Below are positions 50,165 through 64,000 of a stretch of DNA of 64,000 nt, piece after piece. The notes beneath the pieces were generated by a model. The model made no database searches and had not been told where the DNA came from. It saw only the letters and a program-made list of their open reading frames with translations. The stretch covers positions 84,382,001 through 84,446,000 of the forward strand of contig OZ336870.1 of assembly GCA_965287045.1 (NCBI GenBank). Direction: 5' to 3'. A program made the position numbers and the translations under genes. Positions within the stretch are counted from its first letter, which is position 1. Each line of letters opens with the position of its first letter. Source of the stretch: Carcharhinus amblyrhynchos (Eukaryota).

Positions 50165-52954
50165 GAAGTGCCAACAAATAACTTTCATCCTAGCATATGC
50201 AAATGTTCTACATAAGTACTATGAAGAACGTTCCATCATCATTATTCATTTTGGACTTGAAGTACAAGCAGTGATTACTGAAATAAAACAACACTCTTTT
50301 GTTACTGGGGTTATGGAAAAGAAATGTTACAATCCATATTGATTTGAGTGAACCATTTGCAAAATTATTTCTGTGTCACAGACTGATCCAACTCTGTCGA
50401 CAATGAGGCTGACATGCTAAGGGAAGGTCATTTTAGAAGAGGCTGATTTAGTTTTTCAATGAGTTCTGAATGTTAAAACTGATAATGCTCTGACTGGATA
50501 ACATTGCTGGACTGTGATAAATTAGAAATGTTTTTATTAATATGTGTGGTAAAGGTCTCCAAAAAGCTTTGCCTAATCATTTTTGATTGTTACATCGACA
50601 CATTGGGGATGATAGTCAACTATTTCTTATCTGAAAACTAGACCACTGGCAGTTGAAACTTACGGACAATCTCAGTCGTCCCATTGATACCCAAAGCTTA
50701 CTTGGCATAAATTTATAAGCAGCCGTCTACTAGTTTTGATGGAAGACAGCGTAAATGCACACTCCACACTAGCTGTACAATACTAATTACATTGCATTCC
50801 CATTTTCACTGTTTTTTAAATGACCTAAGCAGTGTTCCACAAATGAACCACTGGAGATAACTCAAAAACAATATTCCTAATTTCACCTTTGTAAACAAGA
50901 CCTCTGAGGCAATCTGTGAGCGCACCAGTTGTGCTAAGTTAAAGTAAAAGGCTTGGTAAAGATTTAGGGAGGTAAGCTAGAATGATATCAAGTTTGAATT
51001 TATATCTTTTTGAAGCAAATGTTTAAATGTTAGCTTCTAGGTCCTTATTGTTTATGTGGAGAATTGTACAGTACCTAGAAAAATATTATAGCTGTTCAAC
51101 CAGTGAAAATATCTACACAAAATATAAATGTCACCCCAGCAAGTTATACACTCTTAAACAATTCAGAGTTAAATCTGCACAAAGCAGGGATTTGACTGAA
51201 CTGCGGTGCCCATGTTACTGCATCAAATCAGTTGTTATGTTGGAGAAAATGATTGAGGGAATAGATAGAGTGGAAAGCTGCAGAGGGCTTTCTTTTATCA
51301 AAAAGACAATAGTTTATGGAGTTTAAATGACAGTAAATAATAAGTGGGAAACACATTCCTTCATCTAAAAGCATTAAAATCAATATTTCTATAAGCTACT
51401 AATTGACCCATTAGGTTAGAGAAACGTCATGCTATCTTTCCGACCATGTCCATAATTGCATTGAATGCTGCTTTGCATCAGATGTTGTGAAGGATTTTAT
51501 TAGAAACTCAATCTAACATTTTATACAATGCATCAGCAAATAAAAATCAGATTCTCAGTTTGTATAGATATTGTTTGGAAAATACAGGGATTCTGACCCA
51601 AAGATGAACCACATATCTGGGGTTTCTGATATATGTTCACTTTAGCTTGCACATTTTGAACTTTTGCATAGAAAATACAAAGGCAGCTATGATCTTGCTT
51701 ACCTCTCTTCATTGGCAAAGTTCCAGTTCAGGTTCAGCCTATGGTGTACGAAACCTCAAAAATAACTTCCATGTATCTCCACATTAATACTGAAAATACT
51801 CCAGGACAATTCACAGAAGGAGATAACAAGCAGCAAAAGAACATTTTGGGGATGTCTGGGTGTTGGAAGAATTAAGTTTCAGGGTGTTTTTTTAAGGTGC
51901 AGAATAAAAAGGTTAGATAGTGAGTTTGAGTGTTGGAACCAAGACAGCTGAAGGTGGAATGGAGGTATAACAAGATACCAGGGTTGTGTCCAAAAAATAA
52001 GAATGTGGCTTAGACTTTCCATGTGAATAGTTCAGGACCAAGATGTGGGGTGGATTTATGGCAAAATGATTGCAGTGTGGGAGGGCTTGATGTTCATCAG
52101 CTTATTGTTTAGATTTCAAGTGGTGGAGTCAACATCATGGTGAATCTACCTTGTTCGGGTTAGAGAGAGGCAGGAAACTCTACATGTTCATACCTCATTA
52201 AATGAGCATGGAGTATGTCCATGGTGTGGTCAAGATGAAGGTGGGCAAGTATTCACAAATGGCATCATGACATGGCACACTATTTTCCATGTTTGGTATG
52301 TGACCATAGGTGCATCTGTCCCTGCCAGTTCCATTCTAGTTTCTTCTATTGTGTGTGATCTTCTTAAAAGAGAGAAGCCAAATGTTAATGAGTGTGTTGC
52401 ATGGCACTTGGCTGGGGATATGTGGAAGCAGCTAGGGACGAGTTTCAGGTTGAGGCAAAGCATCCAAATGTTAGCTTTAAAACCCGAGAGCCAGGAAGCG
52501 CTAATAGATGAGTCTTGGGGTTGAACTGTATTGAAGAGTGAGGGAGGTTGGTTTTGTGGTGGGAAGAAGAACCATGTGAAGGTGCGTGAGAGCTTAGTGA
52601 ACCTTTTTCAACACTGCAGCTATATTCCAGTGTCTTCCGTAAAAGCATTCCCCTTCCTTCCCTTGGATTTTCATCAAGGCCTCCAGCACTGCATCCACAA
52701 ATCTGAGAGCATTCTCTCTTCTCGGGTGCTCCATTTATTTTATTTACTCTTGCTGCCAATTACATTAGCAGTCGGCGGTTTTGTTTAAATCCATGCAGCT
52801 CTCACTTAAAGTGGCTGACTGTCATGAGATGTTGGAGACTAGTTGCCGTGCTGTTAGGTCCCTGTTGAGTGTGCAGCCAGCCTGCAGCATGGGTCATACT
52901 TGGCTGGGCACAATAATCAGGCAAAGTTGGATTGCTCACCTGTAAAACAGCAGT

Positions 52955-53026
52955 AAAATATGGTGGGTGCTGGAAATCGGAAATAAAAATAGAAAATGCT
53001 GTAAATACTCAACAAGTCTAACAGCC
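52955..53026 (-). mobile_element. Penelope-like terminal fragment
   Basis: tgctggaaatcggaaataaaaatagaaaatgctgtaaatactcaacaagtctaacagc. Confidence 0.55.
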
Positions 53027-54124
53027 TAAGTGGACTGTAATTTCTGACCGAATGGCAATTAAGTTTGTTTGCACTCCACTTGTCAGTTTTTAACCTTGAA
53101 ATCCAGGTGGCCCTGGATAGTGTGGCTTGCACACAGGGCCTAGTTTCGAGGACTGTAGAATCGAAAGCAAGGATACCATGCCCCCTTTTCAATGGCAGAG
53201 AGGGACATCATGGGAGGAGGCAGCACACCCCCAACTTCCCCCCCCCCCCCCCCCCCCCAACCCCACCCCTGTCACAATGCCGAGGAGATCAGAAGTTACG
53301 GCCCAGTGTTTCAGGTCATTTCCTACCAGGCCTGTTGAGTATTTTGAGCATTTTCTATTGTTATTTCAAACCGCCTTCCATGCCCCCCCTCCCTCTCAAC
53401 TACCTACCCTGCCCGCCCCAACCCCTGCCCCCACACCCAAAGGAGATAAACTAAAAGCTCAACATTTATAACCTCCTTTTACATAATCCATTCCGGGTTT
53501 CTTTTTTATGAGATAAATGTGAGAGCTAGGCTCGCAAGAAGGTTCTGATAGCAGATATTAATAAAAATACAGCATAAGGCCATTATGCCTCAGATTTATT
53601 GATGTTTTTGAAAAGTAACACGAACATTTGCCTAATATGTTGGTGTCTGTCTAACATTTTGGAAAATCATCATAAACATCCAACTTGTAAAGAAAATTAA
53701 TGATGCAATGAGTGAGTTGCTCATACCAGCTGTCCCCTCTTCACTGCTGGCTGAACATATGAGTCTAGAATTGATTTCAAGTGAGATCAGTGGGTGAATG
53801 TTTAATACATTCCTGTGTCTGCTATTTTAACAGATGTGTTAACCCAATTAAAATAAGCAAGTTAATCTGCCTATTAAAGTAGCAAATAGAATAACCCACA
53901 AAAATATGTTGACCCACTAAAATTGCCAACGTTCCTTTCTAAGCTATGGTTATTATTTTGAGGAAATAGTGGACAGAACAATAAATTCGTACAGCTTAAT
54001 ATTAATAAAAGTTGAGATATAATTTCATGCATTTTTTATTATTATCTTATGTCACATTTTGCTTCCCTATTTACAACAAGTATGTATATTTATATAGTAC
54101 CTTGAACTCAAACTCCTTCAATAC

Positions 54125-54765
54125 GAGCAACATAATCACCAACAACCTATCCTGGTCCTTCCACGTTGATGTTCTAGTTAAAAAAGCCCACCAATGCCTC
54201 TACTTTTTCAGGGGGCTAAAGAAATTTGGCATGCCCACTACGATGCTCACCTATTTTACAAATGTACCATAGAAAGCATCCTTTCCAGGTGTATTACAGT
54301 TTAGCATGGCTCCTGATCTGACCAAGACAGCAAGGAACTACAAAAGGCCATGAATGTAGCCCAGTCCATCACACAAACCAGCCTCCCACCCATTGACTCT
54401 ATCTACACTTCCTGCTGCCTTGGAAACGCAACCAGCATAATCAAGGACCTCGCGCATCCCAGAAAAGCTCTCTTCCACCTTTTTCCATTGGGGAAAAAGA
54501 TACAAAAATCTGAGATCACGTACCAACCAACTCAAGAACAGTTTCTTCCGCGCTGCCATCAGGCCTTTTGGTAGACCTACTTATGTTAAAGCTGATCTTT
54601 CTCTACGTTCTAGCTATGTCTGTAATACTATATTCCGCACCCTCTCCTTTCCTTCTCCCATACATACTCTATGAATGGTATGTTTTGTCTGTATAGTGTG
54701 CAAGAAACAATACTTATTACTGTATCCCATTACATATAACAATAATAAATCAAATCCAATCAAAA
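54125..54765 (+). mobile_element. Rex1/Babar-like LINE 3' end
   Basis: ITNNLSWSFHVDVLVKKAHQCLYFFRGLKKFG; SIIKDLAHP...LFHLFPLGK; tail aataaatcaaatccaatcaaa. Confidence 0.85.
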
Positions 54766-54769
54766 ATCT

Positions 54770-55590
54770 GAAACCGAGTTGCATAGGAAATTATTAGAAC
54801 AGATGGTTAAAGAGATTTTAATGAACGTCATAAAGACTGGGAAGAAAGAGTCAGTTAAGTCTGTGGAGGGAATTCCAGAGGTTGGGACTTAGATTGTTGA
54901 AGGCTTGGCCATCAGTCACAGAGTGATTACAATCAGGGATACTCAGGAGGCTAGAATTAGCCGAGTGTAGATATGAAGAAGGGTTGTGGGCTTGGAGGAG
55001 ATTACCAAGGTCAAGAGAGGCAGAGTTACGGTGGGAAATATAAATAGTTCTGAGAATTTTAAAATTGAGGCATTTCTTAACCAAAGGCTAAGTAAGTCAA
55101 TGAACATGGAGATGATGGATGAATGGGATTTGGTCCATGGCCAGCAGAGTTTTGGATGCCCTGGAGATTAAGGAGGGTCAAGAAGGGGAGGCTGGTCAGG
55201 AGAACATTAGAGCCCACAGATAATAAATACAGTTGTGCTTTTCAGCAGCAGATGAGCTGAGGCAGGGATGGAGTTAGCTGATGTTATAGAGATAGAAATA
55301 GATGTTCTTAGATATGATGAAGATTTGTGGTCAGAAGTGCATCTTGGGGTTAAATAAGACAGGCTGATTTGGCCTCACACAGTTGTCAGGGAGAGAGTTG
55401 GAGTCAGGAGTGAGGGAAGCATTGCAGGCTGAAGACAATGGCTTCAGTCTTGCCAGCATTGAACTGAATGAAATTTCTGCCCATCCAATACTGGATCAAG
55501 GATAAGCAGCCCTGATGACGTATCAACAGTGGAGGCATTGAGAGAGGTGATGGTGAAGTAGAACTGGCTGCCATTAGTGTACATGTGAAA
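54770..55590 (-). mobile_element. L2-like LINE fragment
   Basis: LNFKIL...LGNLLQAHNPSSYLHSANSSLLSIP...GQAFNNLSPNLWNSL. Confidence 0.75.
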
Positions 55591-55599
55591 ACTGAGACT

Positions 55600-56400
55600 G
55601 GGTGGAATTGAACACCCCCATTCTATGATGAACATCATTTGGAGGAAGCACTGAAGATGGCAAGGATGCCAAGAGTAGCTTGGTAATACCACCACTCACT
55701 GAGGTGGCCAAGTTCTAAAGTACATAGACTGGGTCCGCTTGACTGAATCTACAGCAAGTAGGAACCAACAAGAGGAAAAAACCCTATTTGATTTCATTTT
55801 TGCCAATACACCTATCACAGCTGTATTTGTCTATGACAGTATCAGTAAGGCTGGCCATCACATAATCTTCATGGAGACATAGTCCCATCTTCACGTTGAA
55901 GATGCCCTCCATCGTTTTGTGTAGCACAACCGTCATATTGAGTGGGATAGACTTTGAACAAATGCAAAACTGGGCATTCATGAAGCACTGTGTGCCATCA
56001 GCAGCAGGATTGTACTCAGCCACAATCTGAAACCTCATGGCCTGGCATAAATCCTACTCTACCATCACCACCAAGCCAGATCAACCCTGGTTAAATGAAG
56101 TGGAACGCAGCACTGGGTATTAAATAAAAATGAGGATTCAATCTGATGAAGCAACAGCACAGGACCACGTGCATGTCAAACAATGGAAGCACTATTTGAT
56201 ACACTGAACTGAAAGATCCCATAACCAATCGATCAAATCTAAGTTCTGCTGTCCTGCCACATCCCGTTGTAGTTGATAGTGGACAATTAAACAACTAACT
56301 GGATGATGCATAAATAGCCCCATCTCAACAATGGAGGGAGTCCAGCACATCAGTGCAAAAAATGTCTCCAGCCAGAAATGCCATCATGGCCTCCTCCTGA
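55600..56400 (+). mobile_element. Second-family LINE, endonuclease-to-RT linker fragment
   Basis: gaaccaacaagaggaaaaaaccctatttgatttcatt (EPTRGKN.LD.I) and catcacatagtc-like end of EN. Confidence 0.6.
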
Positions 56401-56930
56401 AAGAAAATCTCAGGGCATGAGGGATGATAGGGGAGAAACTAAAGAATGTTGCAAGCTCAGGGAGAGCACGGAGGGAGTGTTGAAGGAAGTTTGGCAAGGT
56501 GGCCCAGGGAAAGGGAGAGAATTGGCACAGGTAACTGCTCTAATTCGCTTAATCTTACAAGTTCATGAACTTATTGTCGGAAGATGTTGTGTTAATATAG
56601 TTTTATTATACCTTAGGCTTCTTACTGCATAAGAGACCACCCACTCACAAGGAATTTAGTGAATTCATTGTGAGTTAATTTATGAAGTTGAGGCACATGA
56701 GAATAGTTATATATAGGTATAAAGTTTTAAGGCATTAGAATTGTGCTTCTCTTCCTTAATCAAATAACCTAACTCAACAAGGGATATTGCATTAAAGTTT
56801 AATTACATTAAACAGAATATCAAAGGAAACTTAATATATCAAACAAAGTGTGACTAAACGGATTGCTAATGCACCCCAGCACGGTGCCTACTAGGTACAG
56901 AAGGGCTTGATGATGATGGCAGACACCATG

Positions 56931-58101
56931 GGGGCAATTCTGCCATCCTGCTGCATTGATTTTTTTTAATGCAGTGGGCCAAGATATTTAAGCATGACCA
57001 ACATGGATTGCGCTAATCTGGCCCTGAGCGCATCTTCCACCACCGCCCCCCTTCCCCCCCCCCCCCACCCGATTTCCGGCACCATTGGCTCTGCGCCGGA
57101 AATAGGTGCAGAGCTGCATTACATATATAGCCCTTCATTTTAATGTATTTTAAATATAATTAATGGGCTTGAGACAGAAGTCCCTGGACCTGCTAACATT
57201 TCCCTCCCACCAGGAGTGGCTCACTCCAGCAGGGATTACTAAAGCACCTCAATTGCGGGGAGCTTGCGGTCCAATCCTGCTGGATGAAGTGGGGGGGGGG
57301 GGGGCAGAGTCCTCCAGGGGGTCTGGCGCACTGTCCAAGAGGCAAGGTGCCAATGCCCAGGGGCATCTTAGCACTGCTACCGGGCATGGGGCACTGACAA
57401 GGGAGTGGAGCCTAATGGGGGCAAGGCCGCTGGGGAGGGACAGTCAGAGGGTTTGGAGTCCCGTTGCCACTCTGCAGTTGGGTGGGGGAAAGGGACCAGC
57501 AATCGGGGCTGGCCATTGGAGTTAGGGGGGGAGAAAATGCTGTGGGAGTCAGGGCTGCAGGGAGGGGGGCGTTGGCGCTGTGGGGTGAGTCAGAACTGCT
57601 AGTGGGGGTTGGGGATGGAATTGGGGGAGTGGCAGATCGGGACTGCGGGGGACGGAGTATTCTTTGAGGAGGATATTTTCTCTGTGGATGTCAAGATGTT
57701 CAAGTGTGCAGGGGGGAGGGTCGAGGCTGGACCCGAGCATGTTTGGGGGCAAGCGATCAGCCCGTGGGGGATTCGGGGCGGGGGGGGGGGGAGGGCAGCG
57801 ATGTGGGAGTTGTGTGGCTGGCCAGCAGTCAAGCTGGTCAGCAATCAGGAGCTCACTGCACAGTGCCGATCTTGGCACTGAGAAATCGATGCACACACAC
57901 TGGCCCGCTCAGCGCTTTTCTCTTGGGCAGGAATCGGCCCTGCCCCCTGATTTTTTTTTTTAACATGCTTTACACTTGTGCACTCAGCAGTACACAGAGC
58001 ATGGGAGATTCTTCTTTGAATTCCCACTGAAGAAAGCAACATGATTTACTCCAGTTGTCATGTGAATTCGACACTTAGAATTTTTTTGGGAGTATCACCC
58101 C
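56931..58101. mobile_element. Non-autonomous PIF/Harbinger-like element with 3-bp TSD
   Basis: ATG|ggggcaattctgcc ... gggagtatcacccc|ATG; inverse homolog of 14073..15100. Confidence 0.78.
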
Positions 58102-59734
58102 ATGTCGTCTTTTTCCAGGGACACCCAGCAGTGAACATAGCTGTAGTAAAGACAGACAGTCAGGAAGACAATTCCCTTGATCACCTGCTGACTAGACCTA
58201 CTAATGGCTAGCTTGGCCAGGGCCAAAAACTGGCCAGTGAGGAGGCCCTCCTGTGTCTCTCTGCCCTCCTCTCACCCACTCCACTGTACTGGTGAGCAAA
58301 AATGAAACAAACAATACAGTCACTTTCACCTTTTTCACGATAGCAGAAAACTTCTCCCTCATTTCCAGTCAAGTCCAGAATCTTCCAGTTTAACAAACAA
58401 TCATTTACTATAATTATCTTTTTCCTGATCTTCAACCGATTTTTGGAATCCAATTGGATACTACACTCCTATTTAATATGGTGCACTGTGTACCCTTAAC
58501 TGGCAATGTAGCCAAATGTTTGCTGTGTGCTAGGTCAGTGTCATTTTTGTCTGCCTATGAAAAGTAATGTGTAAATGTCAGGCCATCAGCAACAGTGCAT
58601 AATTTACCCTGATTCCCATTCAATTTTGCTGGGGCTCTTTGGTGCCATATTCGGTCAAATGCTGCCTTAACGTTGAGGGCCGTCACTCTTATGTCACCTC
58701 TCTAAACACATTGCAATACAAAGACATTGTGACAACATCCTAGACCATCCTTGAATGGAATTCTTAGTTCTGTCACACAAATGTATATTTTAGCAACAAG
58801 GACATCAGACAGAATTTGTTTATCCTAAGGATAATATGTTTATGGAAGAAGGTTTTTTGGAAGGCATAAGAGGACAGTACAAATAGGCCCAAGAGAGTAA
58901 GGGCTGAGTGCTAAGACGTGAAAACAGTTGGTAGATTTGAGCTCTCAAAAGGAGACATGTCACTTAATGGTTTTTGTACTATTCCTAAAAAGCTATGCAA
59001 TCATATTTTCCTAATTAAGAATGTTTGCCTGTGTATGAGATTATTTTAAATCCTTAGAATATTAGATATTGAAAGCAGGAATTATTATATAATTATCATA
59101 ATGAATCTTACGAGCTGAGATGATGGCCATGAAATTGTATGCAGAATGGTACCGAGTAATTGTGAAAAGACAAATCCATGAAGAGGATTATGTATCATTC
59201 TTGCTCAGTGATAATTGGGGTGAGATGTTTAAAGTTAGACTTGTAATGGGGACCATGCTACCAAGTGCAGACAAAACATTGCATGAGCAATTCCTTGACA
59301 TTGTGAATTATGTATAATAATCAAACACCACAAATTGTCAAAATTGTTTACCACTTTTATGTATTATGCTTTGTTTTAGAATAGTTATATATTCTTCAAC
59401 AATCTCAATGAAGGTTTTGGGTCATACTTTCATCTGTTTAAAAATTAATGACTGTGGCTATATCAATAGTTCAGCTGTACAAGATGCATCTCAATTAAAG
59501 ACTTCAATGGGTCAGTGCAAGTTGCAGTATGATAGCACCATCCTGACAGCTGTCTCTGGACAGATAGAAAGCAGCAATATCACTTTGATGCAGTGATGAA
59601 CAGCTGTACTCTGAAGAGAATTAGCTGGAAGATTAAATCGACAGGTTCTTATCCTGGTACCATTTATCTATACAGATATTGACCATTAAGCTGAGGAAGT
59701 CTGGGCTGTTTCATCCTCAGAATAAATGGTGATG

Positions 59735-60047
59735 TTTATTTATTAATTTATTTATTATCGCAACAAGTAGGCTTACATTAACATTGCAATGAAGTTACTG
59801 TGAAAATACCCTAGTTGCCACACTCTGGCACCTGTTCGGGTACATTAAGGGAAAATTTAACTTGGCCAATGCACCTAACCTGTGCATCTTTTTGAAATGT
59901 GGGAGGAAACCAGAGCAAAAAAAGGAAACCCATGCAGACATGGGGTGAACATGCAGACTCCACATAGACAGTCACCCAAATCGAGAATCAAACCCAGGTA
60001 CCTGGCACTGGGAGACAGTAGTACTAACCAATGTGCCACTGTACCAA
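59735..60047 (-). mobile_element. V-SINE with 'B' tail
   Basis: caagtaggcttacattaacattgcaatgaagttactgtgaaaat tail plus core plus head. Confidence 0.85.
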
Positions 60048-61049
60048 GTGGAGAAAACTGTTGAAAACAAGCACTCAGACTGATTGAAATAATGTGTGGA
60101 AATGATAAAAGTCAACAACATCAAGTGATTTGATTAAGAATGGTGAAATGTACGATTTTATACAAATGATAAAACAGTGGAGCATGCATAGCCTTCATAG
60201 CTCGTGATCATTCTGATGAACTTCTGCACAAAGTGAAAGAAATTCAGTTGGTGAATGTAAGTGATAGAATGCTTTATCATACCATAAATTTTTGAAGATA
60301 TTTAGGGAAGTTGATGTAAGTCATCAAATAACAAGTAACTGAATGTAAGGCTAGATATTTTAATCGTTATAATAAAATGCCTTGGGAGTTAAAAAAAACT
60401 CATTGTCTTGTAATTAAACTATATGGAGGAGAGAGTCTGAGTGGAAAGGAGAAATTAGATGGTTTCACCCGGAAGTCTCATTGCTCTGTGCTAAAATACA
60501 TTATTTTAACTGGATGGTAGTATGGCCAACAATTTATTCCTGTGCTATATAAAAGGTTTGTTTTAATAAAATAACTGCTTTTGGAAGTGTTGTGCATGCA
60601 AGCACTGGGGGAGGATTACAATCTTATCAAGATCAAAAGGATAGTCACAATTCCAGGCTCAAGCATGCCTCAGTGTACGATGGAATTTGTAACTTGTCCA
60701 GGACTCTGCTGTGTGTGAATTGGGAGGGAAAGAGATCCTATGTGGGTTTCTCCAATTGGGATGGAAGGAGGCGGCAATTACAAAACAATTGGCTGTGACA
60801 TTGACCTGTCTCCATTCCACTCTTCCCTTTTTCTCAAGGATAATGTCTGGTGTGTGCTGTTGAATGCATCCATTACCTATCATGAGGCTAATTAACATCT
60901 TGATTGTGGGTTTATTAAAAGCTTATCTTTTGAAACTTTTCCATTATTACTGGATAAGGTTGGCGTCTAACAGCTGTCTGTCAGACCAGCTGTGGGGAGG
61001 CAAGGACCATGGGTTAGATTTAATGCAGCCCATTGCAGTAGGAAACATG

Positions 61050-61711
61050 GGGCAGAATTATCCCAAAAGAATTCTATGTGTTGAATTTGCTTGAAAACTG
61101 GAGTAATGCATATTGGATTTTTCAAAGGCAGTTCAGAGAAGAATCTCCCACATATAGTGTACTGCAAAACCTACTACCATGAATATCATTAAATTCCAGT
61201 TGACGGGGCCTATCCCCATTGGAGAGGCTGAAGTCAGTGCACTAAGCGGGCCACTATGAGTAAGTGCGCCAATCTGTCTGTGCTGGGCCATGATCCCCTC
61301 CCCTGCCAGGGTGCCAATGCCCAGGGGTCCCACCCAACCTCTTCATTGTAGCAGGATCAGGCCCCTACCTCCCCAAACAGCCATACCGACTGCTTTGATA
61401 ACCATGCAAGATTTTATCACTGAGCAGGGGTCTTCACCCCTAAAACCCACTAAACCCCACTGGAGCGAAACATTCTGGTGGGGTGGGAGATGCTAGCGGG
61501 TCTGGAAACATCAGTTCAGGGCCCACTAATCATATTCAAATTATATTAAAATGACTATGTTAATTGTCTTTGTGCCTTCCCACTGATTTATGACGTGGAG
61601 TTGACACTGCCAAAATCCAGCACTGGGAGACACTAGTGGGGTGCAAATGTCACAAATCAGCTGATGCGACAATCTCCTGGCCCGCTGCACTGGAACGGGA
61701 GAATCCCAACC
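61050..61711. mobile_element. Non-autonomous TIR element, shorter member of the 14073/56931 family
   Basis: gggcagaattatcccaaaagaattctatgtgttgaatt ... gggagaatcccaacc. Confidence 0.7.
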
Positions 61712-63846
61712 AGAGTGTTCACATAGCCTGCTTTTTCTTGTTAGAGGCCACTCTTCAGTTTCCTGGCAACAAAACCTTCCCCCAATTAAGTTGAAGGATG
61801 GTGGAAGCTGACACAACATTCCAGGCTGTCCAGGGTGGGGGATGTCAATTAGTCTCATAAATGAGACAATTCTTAGCCATTATCCTGAAGCCCACTGCAA
61901 TGCGGTGGAGGCCGATGGATTAAATGGAGTCTGCATGGCTTTCCTGCAAACTCCTGAAGGTTATCTATAAACCCTGTCATGTTAGCACGTGGCCTCTCAC
62001 TATCATGCACTGTGTACCCAATCTTGGGACTTAGCATTGGGCAGGGGGATGACAGTTGAAATGTATTCTTCTGCCTTTGGCTTTGTCTCAACTACCCTCT
62101 CCCCCATCACCCTGATCCCTACCTTGTGACCCACCCATCCTGCTCTCACTCACCTCAGGACTGGCGTCCCTCAATGATGGGTCTCTGGTGGGTATAGTGT
62201 CATCAATAGCCACTGCCGTTGGAAGCATGAGAAGCTGCCAGCCTCTGAATAGCCCGCAGCTCTCTAAAGGTGGGGCATCCACCATCAGTAACTTCAATCC
62301 CAGGGGAGCTCCAATGGAGGCCATTAAAATGCAAGAAAGACATGTGATTCCATTGGGCCTCTCCCACTGACTAATGGGGCAGGGTGTTTACCATTGGTTC
62401 TTCTGCTGGTGGCAAGACCCCTGCTCAGTGACAAAAACTTGCATGGGCTTCGAAGCAGTGGGTATGGCTGTTTGAACTCTATCTGCACATCAGGAAGAAT
62501 CCAGCTGAAAATAGGTATTGCACCCTCAGAAATGGGGGCCATTGGTAATGAGGAGCAGCAAACTGAATGGGAAGACAGATTGCCAGGCATTTGGAGGCAG
62601 GACGAGAGGAATAAGGAGCACCATGGAGAAGGAGATGCTACCCTGAGCGCAAGATCTCTACACAGAGGTGTAAATAATGGATGTGACTGAGAAGCAGTGC
62701 CGAAGGAGACTGACTCTCTAGACAGATGGTAATAGACATCTGTGCCCTTGTCAGTGTGGAGCTCCTCAATATCTCACAGGCGGCTGCATACTGATGCATC
62801 ACCTTGGTGAAAGATGCCCTCTTTACTGATACTGGACAACTGCTGGAATATTGCAGATTCAATGGGTGTCTGAAACCAGTCTCTATTTTTGCCCTAACTA
62901 GCTTCAACTAGATTGGAAGCTCTATTAAATACTCAACCCAGGGGGAACAAAGTTCCTCATTGGAATCGGATTTCTGACAAAAACTTCTCAAGTCTTGTGT
63001 TTCCCATTAACAGGGGAAAAGTCCTACCCTGGCATTCAAAGATCCCATTATCATTCCTGTCATTGAGTTTCTTATGCTGACATCTTTTAACATGATGAGC
63101 TCAGCGAAATATTTTTAAAGAGTTGTGACCGGTGGAACAGCATGGTGAATATTTCTGCATTATTAATTTGTCATGGAACTGCTATTGCCAACAGGTTCTT
63201 AGACAGTAGACTGTTCACAAAGATCATATCGAGGACAAACTAAACTATATAATAACCACCAGAGACCCATGAAAGGAAAAAAACAAGACTCTTCATTTGC
63301 TTGATACCAGAATATCTGCTTTTTCTTCTCTGTGCTTTATTTCTTTGAATCTTTTTGGGCGAGGAGGAAATGAAGGAAGCAATGTTATTATTTAGCTTTG
63401 TCCATGCTGTGACTCTTTTAGCCTGGGTTTTGATTCTGCTTCGCTCCAAATTTCTTTTCCCAACCTTCTTTCATGTCAATCTTCTTTCTACATGTCGCAG
63501 CATCGGTATTTGGATCTTTGTGGAAGTCATTAGACTTTCACCCAACATATCAAACCTTTGAGCAATAGGGTGAAGCTGGCTGTTTGATGCTGCCACTACG
63601 CAACGGCGAAACTAATTGCATTCCCCACTAACAGAACACTGCTGTCAAGAACAAAAAGAATGTTCTGCCAATCCACAAATGAGCAATGCAGTGTATGAAT
63701 TCCAGTGCTGGCATGATACCAGTTATGAAGGCTGTGCGTCCCCATAACTGATAGGTCATATTGAAAAGCACATTCCTTCAGCTGTTCGCAATGCACACAG
63801 TGCTGACTGTACTCAACCAACCTGGGCTTGCCAATCTCAAAACATA

Positions 63847-63984
63847 GGGCAAGATTCACTGGCGGCATTCGCCCTATGTTCGGATATTCCCACTGAGACC
63901 TCAACGGACCTTTAAATGATCCGCCAAATTTTCTGTCTCACCTGCTAATTACTCTAATGCGGGCGAGATGGGAAATTTTTAGTC
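63847..63984. mobile_element. Short MITE, PIF/Harbinger-like
   Basis: gggcaagattcac ... gggaaatttttagtc; internal tgagacctcaacgg like ccgaggccaacagg in 26097. Confidence 0.45.
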
Positions 63985-64000
63985 GTAGTGTCCAGCATTA

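Noticed and set aside
53238-53258. Poly-C tract with proline-rich ORFs (also G tracts at ~35547, 57291, 57780)
   Set aside because: Homopolymers give low-complexity spurious ORFs
61870-62900. Cluster of short ORFs as KCTD8 exon 2 or another gene
   Set aside because: No H2-domain similarity; looks like low-complexity transposon interior and cannot be assigned
63841-63880. 10-bp hairpin aacatagggc/gccctatgtt as terminator or miRNA
   Set aside because: Short, at a MITE boundary, eukaryotic context; no further support

Overview
Vertebrate, not prokaryotic, DNA. The repeat landscape (HE1-type V-SINEs, CR1/HER1 LINEs, Penelope termini, PIF/Harbinger derivatives) points to a shark, and the HE1 copies resemble what I recall of houndshark (Mustelus-type) sequence, which is unverified. 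The only host gene I can support is the first coding exon of KCTD8, a GABA-B receptor auxiliary subunit (BTB/T1 + H1 domains, 34256..35063, +). It lies in a CpG-retaining island with a perfect CRE upstream and is followed by a long intron that runs off the window. The rest is mostly degenerate, often nested transposable elements. The most unusual structures are: (1) a perfect 352-bp-arm palindrome in the KCTD8 intron (40840..41553) that reconstructs as a fold-back template-switch duplication inside an old LINE; (2) a family of short palindromic Penelope-derived elements carrying minimal hammerhead-ribozyme motifs on both strands, one copy with an intact core (47984..48020); (3) a clean solo LTR with TSD upstream of KCTD8. 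Repeat boundaries were read by eye and are approximate unless stated. Family names come from recognised motifs, not database searches.
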